A stretch of 64,000 nucleotides of DNA from assembly GCA_965263035.1 (NCBI GenBank), contig OZ253580.1, forward strand, positions 1,824,001 to 1,888,000, in the 5' to 3' direction. The notes below the pieces were generated by a model, which was not told where the DNA came from, ran no database searches, and saw only the letters and a program-made list of their open reading frames with translations. The position numbers and the translations under genes were made by a program. Shown one piece after another: positions 18,989-29,183 of the stretch (positions are counted from its first letter, which is position 1; every line of letters begins with the position of its first letter). Source of the stretch: Acidobacteriota bacterium. GTDB taxonomy: Bacteria; Acidobacteriota; UBA6911; RPQK01; JAJDTT01.

Positions 18989-20626
18989 ATGAGAGAATTC
19001 ACAGCTGATCTCATGCGATTACTTCATTTTGGGCGTCGCGTCATCGCGACGGCGCTACTACTGGTCCCGCTCCTCGGCTGCTCTCCGGCGGCTTCGTCTC
19101 CCGGTATGGAGCAACCCACGGAGCAAGAAACGGTTTCCGCCGGTGTCGAGATCGAAGAGCTGAGGCACAAAGCCCGGTGGCGCAAGCGGCGCCTCATCTT
19201 CAACAACGACGGCGACGACGCTCTCTTCTTTCCGTCCGACCTACCCGTCACGCCGCGGAACCTTCTGGAACGCCGGACCATCCCCGTCATCGGGACCCAG
19301 GTGGACACGGTTTTCTATTGCACCACCCAGAGCATCGGCGCCTACACCCATCGCAGTGAGGTCGCCGAACTCCTGGTGCGGGACCTGCCCAGAGAGGGAT
19401 TTCGGAACTCGGTCGGCGAATTCGCCAAACAGGATACGGACCCGTTGGAGATCGTAACGGAGCACTGCAGGAAAGAGGGGATCGAGATCTTCGCCACCCT
19501 GCGCATGAACGATGTCCACGACAGCTCCGACCGGTTCTCGGTCCTGGGTTCCAAGTTCAAGCGGAAACACCGCCTGGCTCTTTTCGGGACCTCCCGAAAG
19601 CCGCCTCCATACGGGTACTGGTCGGGTGCCGATTTCAGTTGGAAAGTGATTCGGAACATGACCTTCCAGGTGTTGGAGGAGATGGCCTCCAACTACGATC
19701 TGGACGGCCTGGAACTCGATTTTTGGCGCCACCCTCCGTATTTCAAGACCTATGCCTGGGGAGAACCGGTCACTCGCGAAGAAACGGAATCCATCACCCG
19801 GCTGATGCGTCGAGTCCGCAGGATGGCCGATGCCCGGGGCCGGGAGCGGGGACGGCCACTGCTGATCGCGGTCCGGGTCATGGACTCGCCCGAGTTGAGT
19901 CAGGACATGGGGTTGGACCTGGTGACCTGGCTCCGGGAAGACCTGGTGGATCTGGTGATCGTCGGCGAGGTGGCGTTGGCGCCCTGGGAGGAGACCATCC
20001 GGCTGGCTCATCGTTACGGCGTGCCCGTCTATCCCTGCATCCGAAGGTCCATCATCGGGGAAGAACGGGGATCACTGGAGTCGTTCCGGGCTCAGGCCCT
20101 GACGGCCTGGAAGCAGGGGGCCGACGGGATCTATCTCTTCAATCTATTTCCCGAAGAGGACCACGACCGGAAGTATCGCGAGCTGGGAGACCCGAATGGC
20201 CTGGAGCGGCTGGACAAGCTCTACAGCCTGGACCCGGTGGGCCGGGAATCCTTCAAGCGGTACATCCACGACTTTGAGAAATACAAGGCGCAAGAGCCTG
20301 TTTCTCCTCTCTCTCCGGTGGAGTTGGAACCGGACACGAACTACACCATCCCCATGTACCTGGCCGACCGGTCCCTGAGCCAGGCCATCGTCGGCAAGCG
20401 TCCCCTGGTGCGGGCCCGCCTGCAGTTGGAAAACCTGGACCCGGAGGCAGCGGTTCGGTTTTCGGTCAACGGTCATCGGCTGGAAGCCGAAGAGAGGGTC
20501 CAGGACGAACTCCGCTTTTCGATCTCGCCCACGCGGCTGCACACGGGATACAATCACTTCCGCATTTCCGTCCCGGCCGGCCCGGCGCCGCGCTTGAAGG
20601 ACATCCTGGTGAGCGTTCTCTACTGA
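18989..20626 (+). CDS. Putative lipoprotein, glycoside-hydrolase-like TIM barrel (GHL10/DUF187-like)
   Basis: LLGC lipobox; IFNNDG, RMNDVHD, YDLDGLELDF, GADGIYLFN. Confidence 0.6.
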   Translation: MREFTADLMRLLHFGRRVIATALLLVPLLGCSPAASSPGMEQPTEQETVSAGVEIEELRHKARWRKRRLIFNNDGDDALFFPSDLPVTPRNLLERRTIPVIGTQVDTVFYCTTQSIGAYTHRSEVAELLVRDLPREGFRNSVGEFAKQDTDPLEIVTEHCRKEGIEIFATLRMNDVHDSSDRFSVLGSKFKRKHRLALFGTSRKPPPYGYWSGADFSWKVIRNMTFQVLEEMASNYDLDGLELDFWRHPPYFKTYAWGEPVTREETESITRLMRRVRRMADARGRERGRPLLIAVRVMDSPELSQDMGLDLVTWLREDLVDLVIVGEVALAPWEETIRLAHRYGVPVYPCIRRSIIGEERGSLESFRAQALTAWKQGADGIYLFNLFPEEDHDRKYRELGDPNGLERLDKLYSLDPVGRESFKRYIHDFEKYKAQEPVSPLSPVELEPDTNYTIPMYLADRSLSQAIVGKRPLVRARLQLENLDPEAAVRFSVNGHRLEAEERVQDELRFSISPTRLHTGYNHFRISVPAGPAPRLKDILVSVLY

Positions 20627-20686
20627 TCGGACGCCGCCTTGCCGGCGCAGGCAATAAGTTCAAATCCGGACCGAGAGGAGGTCGAC

Positions 20687-21244
20687 ATGGTTTCAGTCGT
20701 TTCACTTTGGCTTCCGGTGCTGCTTTCGGCGGTGCTGGTCTTCATCGTCAGCTCCATCATTCACATGGTGCTCCGGTACCACAGGGCGGACGTGGGACCG
20801 GTTCCCGAAGAGGCCGAGGTGATGGCCGCACTCCGGCCGTTCAAGATCCCGCCGGGGAACTACTGCATTCCGCACGCCGCGGACCCCAAGGAAATGGGCT
20901 CGCCGGAGTTCATCGAGAAGACCAACAAAGGCCCGGTGGCCATCATCACGGTGCTCCCCAACGGGCCGACGAAAATGGGGCCGAGTCTCGCCATGTGGTT
21001 CGGATACTGCGTGATCGTCGGAGCCGTGGCCGGCTACGCGGCCGGACTGACCATCGGACCGGGCGCCGACTACATGGCCGTCTTCAAAATGGTCAGCGTG
21101 GTCGCCTTCGCCGGTTACTCGCTGGCGATCCTGCAGAACGCCATCTGGTGGCATCGAGGCTGGGGTTTCACGCTGCGCACCATGTTCGACGGTCTGATCT
21201 ATGCTCTTCTCACCGGCGGAACTTTCGGCTGGCTCTGGCCCTGA
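20687..21244 (+). CDS. Conserved hypothetical membrane protein
   Basis: GAGGAGG RBS; about four hydrophobic segments. Confidence 0.75.
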   Translation: MVSVVSLWLPVLLSAVLVFIVSSIIHMVLRYHRADVGPVPEEAEVMAALRPFKIPPGNYCIPHAADPKEMGSPEFIEKTNKGPVAIITVLPNGPTKMGPSLAMWFGYCVIVGAVAGYAAGLTIGPGADYMAVFKMVSVVAFAGYSLAILQNAIWWHRGWGFTLRTMFDGLIYALLTGGTFGWLWP

Positions 21245-21272
21245 CCGGCGGTGGCAACGGAGGCAATTCGGA

Positions 21273-21851
21273 ATGGCCATAAGTGACAACCGCGACCGTC
21301 CGATGCGCAACAGCTACTGGATCAAGCCGGGCTGTTTTGCGGCAGGCGAGTACCCTGGCCATTGGGACCCCGTCCGGGCCCCCGAAAAGGTTCGCAAGTT
21401 GCTCGCCGCGGGAATCGACCACTTCATCGACCTGACGGAGTCGGGCGAGTTGGAGCCCTATGCTGGAATCGTCGCGAAGGAGGCCCGTCGACTCGGCCTG
21501 GACATCGGGTGGGAGCGACATCCAATTGTCGACCTGAGCATCCCGTCCTCCCCCGGACAGATGGTCAGGATTCTCGATGCCGTCGACGCCGCTCTCGGCG
21601 ATGGCAAGACTCTTTACGTTCACTGCTGGGGCGGTGTGGGAAGAACCGGCACCACCGTGGGCTGTTGGTTGGTCCGGCATGGATCCTCGGGTGACGAAGC
21701 CCTGCGACAGATCGCCGAGTGGTGGCAGGGAATGGGAAAAATCTTCTTCCACCCCCGATCGCCGGAAACCCGGGAACAGAGAGAGTACGTCCGGTCCTGG
21801 ACCGAACCCTCGGCCGGCTCCGTGACTGGCAACCTGGGCGAGGCCCGATAG
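21273..21851 (+). CDS. Dual-specificity/tyrosine phosphatase family protein
   Basis: HCWGGVGRTG (CX5R) P-loop; SPET..Q. Confidence 0.85.
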   Translation: MAISDNRDRPMRNSYWIKPGCFAAGEYPGHWDPVRAPEKVRKLLAAGIDHFIDLTESGELEPYAGIVAKEARRLGLDIGWERHPIVDLSIPSSPGQMVRILDAVDAALGDGKTLYVHCWGGVGRTGTTVGCWLVRHGSSGDEALRQIAEWWQGMGKIFFHPRSPETREQREYVRSWTEPSAGSVTGNLGEAR

Positions 21852-21897
21852 TCAACGCCGGCCGGCATGCCGCCGCGGCCCAGAGTCCACTTCTCGT

Positions 21898-22329
21898 CTA
21901 TCTGTCAGGCGGGTACGAAATCAGCCGGAAACCCTGCTGAGCAAAGTGCCGGTCGAAAGCAAACGCCGTGGAAATTCCGCGCTGGCGCATCATTGCGAAG
22001 CTCGAACAGTCCACCAGGCTGAGGTCCCTTCTATTGACTCCGAGCAGGGTTGCGACGGCGTTCGTGTGGTGCGCGTCATCGATCACCACAACAGTCACCA
22101 CCGGCAGGAGATCGTTGTACAAAGCGCGCACCGCGTCCATCCCGAGCCGTGCTTGGACGAGGGATGTCGTTTCCACACAGACGTAGCTCGATGTCACCAA
22201 CAATGCTCCGGCTTGGATCAGTTCACGCCATGCCGTTCTCGCATGAGCATGCACTTCGTCGTCGGCATCCAAAACAGCGTGGAGAGCGGATGTGTCGACA
22301 AATACCCGATCACCTCTCGGATGCTTCAT
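21898..22329 (-). CDS. vapC: PIN-domain toxin
   Basis: VFVDTSA, E in VCVET, SLVDCSSF, AFAFDRHF; overlaps the upstream antitoxin. Confidence 0.88.
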   Translation of the reverse strand: MKHPRGDRVFVDTSALHAVLDADDEVHAHARTAWRELIQAGALLVTSSYVCVETTSLVQARLGMDAVRALYNDLLPVVTVVVIDDAHHTNAVATLLGVNRRDLSLVDCSSFAMMRQRGISTAFAFDRHFAQQGFRLISYPPDR

Positions 22330-22576
22330 AGGCAGAGACCAGAAAGTCGTCGTGGCGGCGGGCGACATCGCTACGCCCGGAGTGAAACCGTCCGGCTGCG
22401 GAGATTGCACGCTGCGCACGAGTCGTGTGGGCCCCCTGCCCCATCTGAGCCAGGACATTGTCCACGCCGTTGCGTACCAACTCGGAAATCGACAACCCGC
22501 GTTCCGCGGCAAGCGCTCGCAACCGGTGAAGCTGCCGTTCCTTCAACTGAACTTGAGTCCGAATCATAGGCATCAT
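22310..22576 (-). CDS. vapB: CopG/RHH antitoxin
   Basis: MIRTQVQL...SISELVR...AGRFHSG..DVARRHDDFL, upstream of the PIN gene. Confidence 0.82.
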   Translation of the reverse strand: MMPMIRTQVQLKERQLHRLRALAAERGLSISELVRNGVDNVLAQMGQGAHTTRAQRAISAAGRFHSGRSDVARRHDDFLVSAYEASER

Positions 22577-22662
22577 GATGTTATTTCATCGCTGGCATCA
22601 CAACATGCTGTTTCGGTATCCAGAATTGGATCCGGAAATGGCGACTGCCTGATCGCAGTGCC

Positions 22663-24186
22663 TCACTCGTTTCCCTCCCGGAGCCGGTTTACGGTGTAGG
22701 CGGCCAGTTTGGTCACCAACGGTTCACCATCTCGGGAACTGATCCTCCGGCTTGGACGCAGTTCGTAGACCCGTCCCGTCAACATTGGATCCGAAAGGCG
22801 GAGCGACACTCGGTGTCCATCTTCGGAAATGGACACCTTCTCGATCCGGACCGGAGTGACGTCCGTCTTGGGAGACCCGTATTCCCCGTGGTAGCGGTAG
22901 TAGTAGTGGATCAGGGAATAGTCTTCGGCTAGTGCCGCGGTGGCCGGATCCACGGGCTTGGTGAAGATGAGGTCGAACCCCGATTCGGTCAGCCGCATCT
23001 CCTGAATGTCCAGGGGAGTCTTTCCCGTCCAGGCCACCCGCTGCAATCCCTCTCCGACTCCCCAAATCCGTGAGGTCTGCGCCACATAGAGATCTCCATT
23101 CGGGGAGAACGCCAGCCGAATGTTTCCCTTGCGAAGCCCGCGCCCCTCGATGAACGGGAAGCAGGCCCCCTGATAGGTCCCCGCGACCTTCTCCAGATAG
23201 ACCCTGTGAATCCGGGGATAGGTCCAGTCGGCGATGAACATCTGGCCCGGGTAGGGGCCGAACCGTCCTCCGGTGCGGTCTTCCAGAGGCTGTCCCAGGG
23301 AACCGGCCATGTCGTTCTGAGGAAACTGGATCGCCGGCATCTTGCGCCAGCGCGCCAACGTCTCCACCTCGATGTCCACGGGGTTGATGCCCTCGAAGTC
23401 CGGATGCCAATTCAGAGAGGAGGGATGTCCATAAAACGATCCGGGCGTGACATGATGCAGAGGAGAGGTCCCGACCCAGCCCCCCTGGTTGTCGGTGGCG
23501 AACAGTGCGCCTTCCCGATTGAACCCCAGGCCGTTGGGCTGCCGGAAACCGGAGGCAACGGGCACGAAGTCGCCGGCAGGAGTGATCTTGATCACCCAGC
23601 CGCGGTAGGACACGGGTGAATTGTGCCCGAACCGGCCCACCGTTCCGGGCTTGGGGTTTTCGGCGACCCGGCTCCGAGTCGTCGCCGGTCCCCGGCCCAA
23701 GAACCTGTGACGGGCCGAACCCGAGGCCAATCCCAAACCCATGTAGAAATTCCCCTCCCCATCCCGGGCCAGACCGTACACGAACTCGTGGTAGTTGCCC
23801 GACATTCCCCATTGGTCGCTGAGGGTCTGGTAGTGATCGGCCCGTTCGTCTCCATCGGTGTCGACGATCCGCGTCAATTCGGACAGCTGTGCCACGAAGT
23901 ATTCCCCCGGCTTCCCGGCGACGATACCCAGTGGGACCTGGAGTCCGGTGGCGAACCGGCTCCAGCGGCCCGAGTCCGGATCCCGCCGATAGAGGCCCCC
24001 GCGGCGAAAGCAGGCCACCAGCCGGCCACGCGGATCGAAATCGATCCCGCCCACCTCGGGTGCCACTCCCGGGGGCGTCTCCACGGTCTCGACCCGGTAG
24101 CTCTCCCTGGGGACCTGGGCCAAGGCAGGAGACAGTCCGACCCACGCCGCCAACCAGAACAGGAGCAGGACTCCGATACGTCTCAT
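22663..24186 (-). CDS. Secreted beta-propeller protein (sorbosone-dehydrogenase-like, Planctomycete type)
   Basis: Signal peptide from ATG 24186; GNYHEF, GFRQPNG, TDNQG; overlaps the upstream cytochrome gene by 4 nt. Confidence 0.7.
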   Translation of the reverse strand: MRRIGVLLLFWLAAWVGLSPALAQVPRESYRVETVETPPGVAPEVGGIDFDPRGRLVACFRRGGLYRRDPDSGRWSRFATGLQVPLGIVAGKPGEYFVAQLSELTRIVDTDGDERADHYQTLSDQWGMSGNYHEFVYGLARDGEGNFYMGLGLASGSARHRFLGRGPATTRSRVAENPKPGTVGRFGHNSPVSYRGWVIKITPAGDFVPVASGFRQPNGLGFNREGALFATDNQGGWVGTSPLHHVTPGSFYGHPSSLNWHPDFEGINPVDIEVETLARWRKMPAIQFPQNDMAGSLGQPLEDRTGGRFGPYPGQMFIADWTYPRIHRVYLEKVAGTYQGACFPFIEGRGLRKGNIRLAFSPNGDLYVAQTSRIWGVGEGLQRVAWTGKTPLDIQEMRLTESGFDLIFTKPVDPATAALAEDYSLIHYYYRYHGEYGSPKTDVTPVRIEKVSISEDGHRVSLRLSDPMLTGRVYELRPSRRISSRDGEPLVTKLAAYTVNRLREGNE

Positions 24187-26693
24187 TCTCTTGCGCTCAG
24201 GACCAGGATCTCGAATCGGATGTCTCCGTCGATGGGAATCCGAATGCTCTCCTTCTCTACGGTTCCCCGGCTCGCGGTCACCCGAACCGGACCTTCGACA
24301 CCCGCGTCGAACCGGAGCGGAACCTGGACCCGCTCGATCCGGAACTCCCACCGAAACCCGTCCGCTGCTCCGGTGGGGCGGATTCGTTCGTAGACCTCCG
24401 CTCCGGCCACCGAGTAATGGAATTCCGGGACGTCGTCCCGCATGCGGTAGCCTTCGAAGCGAGTTTCCGGAAGGCTTTCGGAATCGGCCAGCCGGAACGG
24501 GAAACGGGTCGACCGGAAAAAACGCCTCCCCGGGATCTGCGGGGTCAGAGTGTAACCGTCGTCTCCGGTCTTCCGGCGCAGGGTTTCCTCAAGGTCCAGA
24601 AACCTCCCCCGCCAGGCGTACAGAAGACGGTGGGAGCCGGCATCGAAGCAGTAGGAGAGGCCGCCGGGCAGGCCCACCGCGATCGCCGCCGGAGTCGCCT
24701 CCTGCATGATGGTCCGGACCACGACGCTCCCATCGGACGGAACCGGGCGGCTTTCGGCCGTCCAGGGATCGCGCGGCGGATCCATCCCGACGGGAAAAGG
24801 ACCGGCCCTGCCGACGCCGAGCGCCCCCCAGATCCTCTGAAGGCTTTCTTCCCTCTCCTCCGGTGCGATGTCCGTGAAGTGCTCCGGCATCGAGGTCCCG
24901 GAGAGGATCCGGGCAGGATTCAACATGAATCGCCGGTACCACGGGTACCGGAGACGATGCGCGGCCTCGGCCAACTGGGGCGCCTTCTCCCCCTGGGCGC
25001 GGTAGTCCGCCCAGTCATGACAACTGATACAGCCCAGGCTCTTTCCTTCCGTGTCCCGCCCCAAAAGCGTCAGTCCTCGATGCGTATCTTGCTGGGAGGT
25101 CACCGACTCCACGGCAGGAGCCGAAGGGTCGAGACCCGAAGCCTGGGCGAACCCGTGGATCAGCGGCTCCACCTGGTTTCGAGGAAACCTGGGCATGCGC
25201 AGTGAGATCCAACTTCGAAGCCGGACCTTTCCCAGCAGCGCCTCTTCCAGGAACTCGAGCCGGAGCTTCTCTCCGGCCGCAGTCAGAACCGGCGCTCCGG
25301 CCGCCTGCCCGCCGCCGAAGTGGTCCATGACATGACAGGCCGTGCAGCGAAGCCGGCGGACCCGCCGGTAGAAGTCGTAGACGGGCGCGGGACTGATGTC
25401 GGGGAACCGTTCTTGAAGGCGGAGAAAGTCTCGAATCGCCGCCCGCTGTTCCCCGTCCAGGCGATACCGGGGAAGAGTGGGTCCGGGGTCTTCCGCCAGA
25501 CACCCTGCATCGAGGGAAAGCGAAGCGACCGAGTGAGGAAGAACGGGGACAGTGGCCGGTTCCCGGGCCTCCAGCCGGTGGCAGGAGAGACATCCCCGGG
25601 ACCGGATCAGCTCCTCTCCGCGGGCCGAATTGCCGTCCGGTATCGACTGCTCCGGAGATCGCGGTGCGGAACCGGCCAAGTAGGCGGCAATCTGCAGCGC
25701 CTCCGCGTCGTCCAGGTGCAGCGAGGGCATGCGGTTTCCAGGATGGTGGCGGAAGGGGTCCTTCAGATAATGGGCCAAACCGGCTACGGTCAGCTTCGAC
25801 CCGACGCCGTCCAAGGAGTAACTTTCCGCCGTATGGCATGCCGTGCAACCCAACGAGAGGTAGAGATCGCGGCCGCGGTCGGCGTCCACACCCGACCGGT
25901 CCGTTTCTCGATTCGGCAGGGCGGTGATCGGCCGCGACGTGAGAAACGCCGTCACGTCTCTGGCCGCCTCCGCGTCGAGCAATGCCGGCATGGTGGCGTC
26001 GGAGCGGACCGCGGCCGGATCGACGAGCCATTCGTGGAGCCAAGCCGGGTTCAACCCAGCGGCGGCGCTCAAGTCGGGTCCGCGGCGGCGATCCAGGGAT
26101 TCAGACCCACTCTCGTGGCAGTTGACACATCCCAGGTTCTCTACCAGGTCTCGACCCCGTTCGACCCGGTTCTGGTCCGCACCGGGCGCGCTCTCCGGTT
26201 CATGGAACAGGACCCGGGAAGGGACCGGCTCCAGAGAAAAATGCTCCGATTCCCAGCGCAGCCGGAGCTGGGCCGGCCCCGGAAGCCGCCGATATCTCAG
26301 CCGAATGCGATGTCGGCCGGCGCCCAGGGTCACGGCTTCGCTGCCGACCTTCTTACCGCCGACCTCCAACTGGCCGCCGCCCTCGAATCGATAGCGGCCC
26401 GTCTCCAGAATCGACAGGAACCCCTCCCACTCGGCTTGGAAACCGGGATCCAGGGAAGGATGCAGGGACTCTCCTTCCTCCAGGTAGAAATTGGGCGTCG
26501 GAGTCACCAAGTGGACCCGATGCCGTCCGTCTTCGTAGCGGGCGGCCAATCCGGGCCGAAGCTCCCTCTTCCCGAGGCCCGGCGGTCCCGGAGGCGGACC
26601 CGTCTCACCTCCCGGACGGCAGGCACCCATGACGGTCAAGACGAAAAGTATGAGAAGGCCGTCAAACCGGAATCGCCTCGATTTCGCGTTCAC
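24183..26693 (-). CDS. Penta-heme c-type cytochrome lipoprotein with PA14-like domain
   Basis: Five CxxCH motifs (CVNCH, CTACH, CLSCH, CTACH, CISCH); MGAC lipobox; start inferred at GTG 26693. Confidence 0.78.
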   Translation of the reverse strand: MNAKSRRFRFDGLLILFVLTVMGACRPGGETGPPPGPPGLGKRELRPGLAARYEDGRHRVHLVTPTPNFYLEEGESLHPSLDPGFQAEWEGFLSILETGRYRFEGGGQLEVGGKKVGSEAVTLGAGRHRIRLRYRRLPGPAQLRLRWESEHFSLEPVPSRVLFHEPESAPGADQNRVERGRDLVENLGCVNCHESGSESLDRRRGPDLSAAAGLNPAWLHEWLVDPAAVRSDATMPALLDAEAARDVTAFLTSRPITALPNRETDRSGVDADRGRDLYLSLGCTACHTAESYSLDGVGSKLTVAGLAHYLKDPFRHHPGNRMPSLHLDDAEALQIAAYLAGSAPRSPEQSIPDGNSARGEELIRSRGCLSCHRLEAREPATVPVLPHSVASLSLDAGCLAEDPGPTLPRYRLDGEQRAAIRDFLRLQERFPDISPAPVYDFYRRVRRLRCTACHVMDHFGGGQAAGAPVLTAAGEKLRLEFLEEALLGKVRLRSWISLRMPRFPRNQVEPLIHGFAQASGLDPSAPAVESVTSQQDTHRGLTLLGRDTEGKSLGCISCHDWADYRAQGEKAPQLAEAAHRLRYPWYRRFMLNPARILSGTSMPEHFTDIAPEEREESLQRIWGALGVGRAGPFPVGMDPPRDPWTAESRPVPSDGSVVVRTIMQEATPAAIAVGLPGGLSYCFDAGSHRLLYAWRGRFLDLEETLRRKTGDDGYTLTPQIPGRRFFRSTRFPFRLADSESLPETRFEGYRMRDDVPEFHYSVAGAEVYERIRPTGAADGFRWEFRIERVQVPLRFDAGVEGPVRVTASRGTVEKESIRIPIDGDIRFEILVLSARE

Positions 26694-26764
26694 GGATGAA
26701 CCGGCCCCTCTCCCCCATGCCCGAATCGGACCGACGGGAATGGGTCCTGGCGATCCGGCAAGCT

Positions 26765-28117
26765 TCACTCCGGATGGTTGGTGCGCTTCACAAGTTCGTC
26801 CACTTTTTCCACGATGATCTCTTCCACCGGCGCCCGGAAGGGGCCTGATTGCCCGTAGCCGACCATGGCGCCCGCACCTTCGTAGCCGCCCTCCTTGAGC
26901 ACCCTCAGGGAGGGAATATAGGCGAAGACCTCGTTGGAATAGCCGGCGACCCAGACCGTGTCCCATCCGTGGGCCTCCCTGAGCCGCAGGGAGTAGTCGA
27001 CAACCACCTCGCCCGCCAGGTGAATCAGGGTGAGGTCCTCCCCGAACTGCCAGACCTGAATCGGGTACGGATAGCTGTCCGGCAGCCTCCCCTCCCTCTC
27101 GATTCTCTCCAGGAGGAACCGCGCGTGACGCTGGCGGCTTCCCGTCTCCCGCCGGGCCCGGGCTTCCAGCTCTTGGCGCGAAGGAGGCTTGCTGAAGGGG
27201 ATCGCCACCCGCTCGAAGGCGGTGGTGAGAGGACCCCGGACCGCAGCCATCTCCCCGTCCAGCACCAGGTCCACGGCAAACGCCAGAATCTGGCCGTAAC
27301 TCCTGGCCAGATCCACCGATCTTCGGGGGAGGGGGTTGGCGTCGGCTCCGCAGCCGGTGACGAACAGGGCGGTGGTGCCCGGATGCTTTTCCTGCACGGA
27401 TTCCTGAGCGAACCCGGGCCAGTCTCCGTTGATCCGGTAGTCGGACAGGACCGTGGCGTGGCAGGCGTATCCAAAGACCACGGCCCGCAACTCACCATCG
27501 ACACCACGCACGGCGAGGACGGGGACATCGTGGTCCACCGGGCCGGGCAGATGGCGTTTCCCGGTCCGGACACGGCGGCGATTGACGGCAAACCCCGCCG
27601 ACCCCTGTCCGAAAGTGAGCCGAGCCGGCGAGAGCTGCTCCATGGACTGGCCGATCACCTTCACGATCTCGTCCAGGACCCAACTGGTGTAACGGCCGAC
27701 GACCCGGAGATGCTCCGGTTCCATGGGGTATGCCGGCCGAAGCACGTCCCCGGCGACGGGACCGCTGTGAGTGTGGGAGAAGTTGAGGCCGAGACGATCC
27801 CGGCTCAAGCCGAATTCCTGCCAGGCCCGGTCCGCGATCTGGTCCGAGAGGCGGCGGCTGAGTCCCAGCAGATCGATGGTCACCAGGACGGTCACCGCCC
27901 CCGTCTCATCCTCCAGGGCCAGAGCCTTGGCGTGGAGGTCCTGCAGGACCTCCCCCGAAGGACGTTCCCGGGATCCGTAGCCCGCCAGCCAGATGGGTTC
28001 CTTGGGCGTGATGGGCACACTGGCCACTCCCGCTCTCCACCCCGATTGCCCCTGACCGGCTGCGGTCTCTACGACGAACAGCAGCAATACAATCGTCCAA
28101 GGCGAGACTCTTTTCAT
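26765..28117 (-). CDS. Neutral/alkaline ceramidase-like secreted hydrolase
   Basis: ITP..PIWLAGY, SHTHSGP, YACHAT, GCGADANP, EGGYEG. Confidence 0.8.
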   Translation of the reverse strand: MKRVSPWTIVLLLFVVETAAGQGQSGWRAGVASVPITPKEPIWLAGYGSRERPSGEVLQDLHAKALALEDETGAVTVLVTIDLLGLSRRLSDQIADRAWQEFGLSRDRLGLNFSHTHSGPVAGDVLRPAYPMEPEHLRVVGRYTSWVLDEIVKVIGQSMEQLSPARLTFGQGSAGFAVNRRRVRTGKRHLPGPVDHDVPVLAVRGVDGELRAVVFGYACHATVLSDYRINGDWPGFAQESVQEKHPGTTALFVTGCGADANPLPRRSVDLARSYGQILAFAVDLVLDGEMAAVRGPLTTAFERVAIPFSKPPSRQELEARARRETGSRQRHARFLLERIEREGRLPDSYPYPIQVWQFGEDLTLIHLAGEVVVDYSLRLREAHGWDTVWVAGYSNEVFAYIPSLRVLKEGGYEGAGAMVGYGQSGPFRAPVEEIIVEKVDELVKRTNHPE

Positions 28118-28124
28118 GACCTCC

Positions 28125-29072
28125 TCACTCCTGTTCTTCGGTCAGCATTTCGTCCGCGAACCGCCGGACCGAGTCCAGCGTCTCCTGGGTACTCGGGGCG
28201 TCTACCGAGAGGACCAGGTAGTCGAGTCCCGCTTCCCGATAGCGGCGGACGTCGTCGCGGACCTGCGCCGCGGTTCCGGTCAGGTGGAGCCGGTGCCCGT
28301 TGCCGTCGAATCGGGCTTCTCCCAGAACCAGCGTGTGTCTCAGCGTGACGCCCACCGTCCGCGGGTCCCGTCCCTCCGCGCGGCAGATTCGAGCCAGATC
28401 CTCCCGGGCTTTCCCGATCTGGCGGGGAGAGAGCCGAATGCCGTGCCAGGCGTCGCCCAGCCGGACGCTCCGGCGCAGGGCGAAGCGGGAATTCCCTCCC
28501 ACCCAGATGGGAGGATGCGGCTGTTGCACCGGCCGCGGGAAGAAGACCATGCCCGAGGTGCGGAAGTGCTTCCCCCGGTACTCCGGGACGTCCTGGGCGC
28601 AGGCGGCCTTGAGAATCTCGATGTGCTCGTCGGTGAGTGCTCCCCGCTTCCGGTAGGGCGCACCCATGGCGGCGAATTCTTCCGGCATCCAACCCACGCC
28701 GACGCCGTAGATCACCCGCCCTCCCGAGAGAACGTCCAGCGTGGTGATCATCTTGGCGTTCAAGAGGGGATTCCGGAAAGGAAGGACCAGAACGCTGATC
28801 CCCAGCCGCACGCGCCTGGTAGCTCCTCCCACAAAACTGAGAGTGGCGAGGGCTTCCAGGACGTTCTGAGCCTCGGGACTGGCCTTGCCGGGCCCGAACA
28901 TTGCCGGGTAGCGCCGGACCAGATCCGCGGGAAAGAGGGTCCGGTCACTGACCCAGACCGAGTCGTACCCGGCTTCTTCGATGGCCGCGGTCATTCTCCG
29001 GACGTAATCGGCCTGGGCTCCAGCGGTGACTGCCGGCGTGACCGAAGTGGTCGCGGCGACTCCGAACTTCAT
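28125..29072 (-). CDS. LLM-class (luciferase-like, possibly F420-dependent) oxidoreductase
   Basis: GYDSVWVSD, LDVLSGGR, GVGVGW..EEF, PVQQPHPPIWVGG. Confidence 0.88.
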   Translation of the reverse strand: MKFGVAATTSVTPAVTAGAQADYVRRMTAAIEEAGYDSVWVSDRTLFPADLVRRYPAMFGPGKASPEAQNVLEALATLSFVGGATRRVRLGISVLVLPFRNPLLNAKMITTLDVLSGGRVIYGVGVGWMPEEFAAMGAPYRKRGALTDEHIEILKAACAQDVPEYRGKHFRTSGMVFFPRPVQQPHPPIWVGGNSRFALRRSVRLGDAWHGIRLSPRQIGKAREDLARICRAEGRDPRTVGVTLRHTLVLGEARFDGNGHRLHLTGTAAQVRDDVRRYREAGLDYLVLSVDAPSTQETLDSVRRFADEMLTEEQE

Positions 29073-29183
29073 GCGATTCGCGCCCTCCGTCCGGGAATCT
29101 TATCACCCCGGTGGAGGAGCGGTGGTAGACTTCGGTGGAACCGCAACGGGCATTTCGTGGGTTACTCGAACATGTGTTCTCGA

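Noticed and set aside
28116-29183. N-terminal extension making an 839-aa protein
   Set aside because: It overlaps the LLM gene on the opposite strand; the signal peptide and family motifs begin at about 29184. The same applies to the 12814 extension of the SDR.
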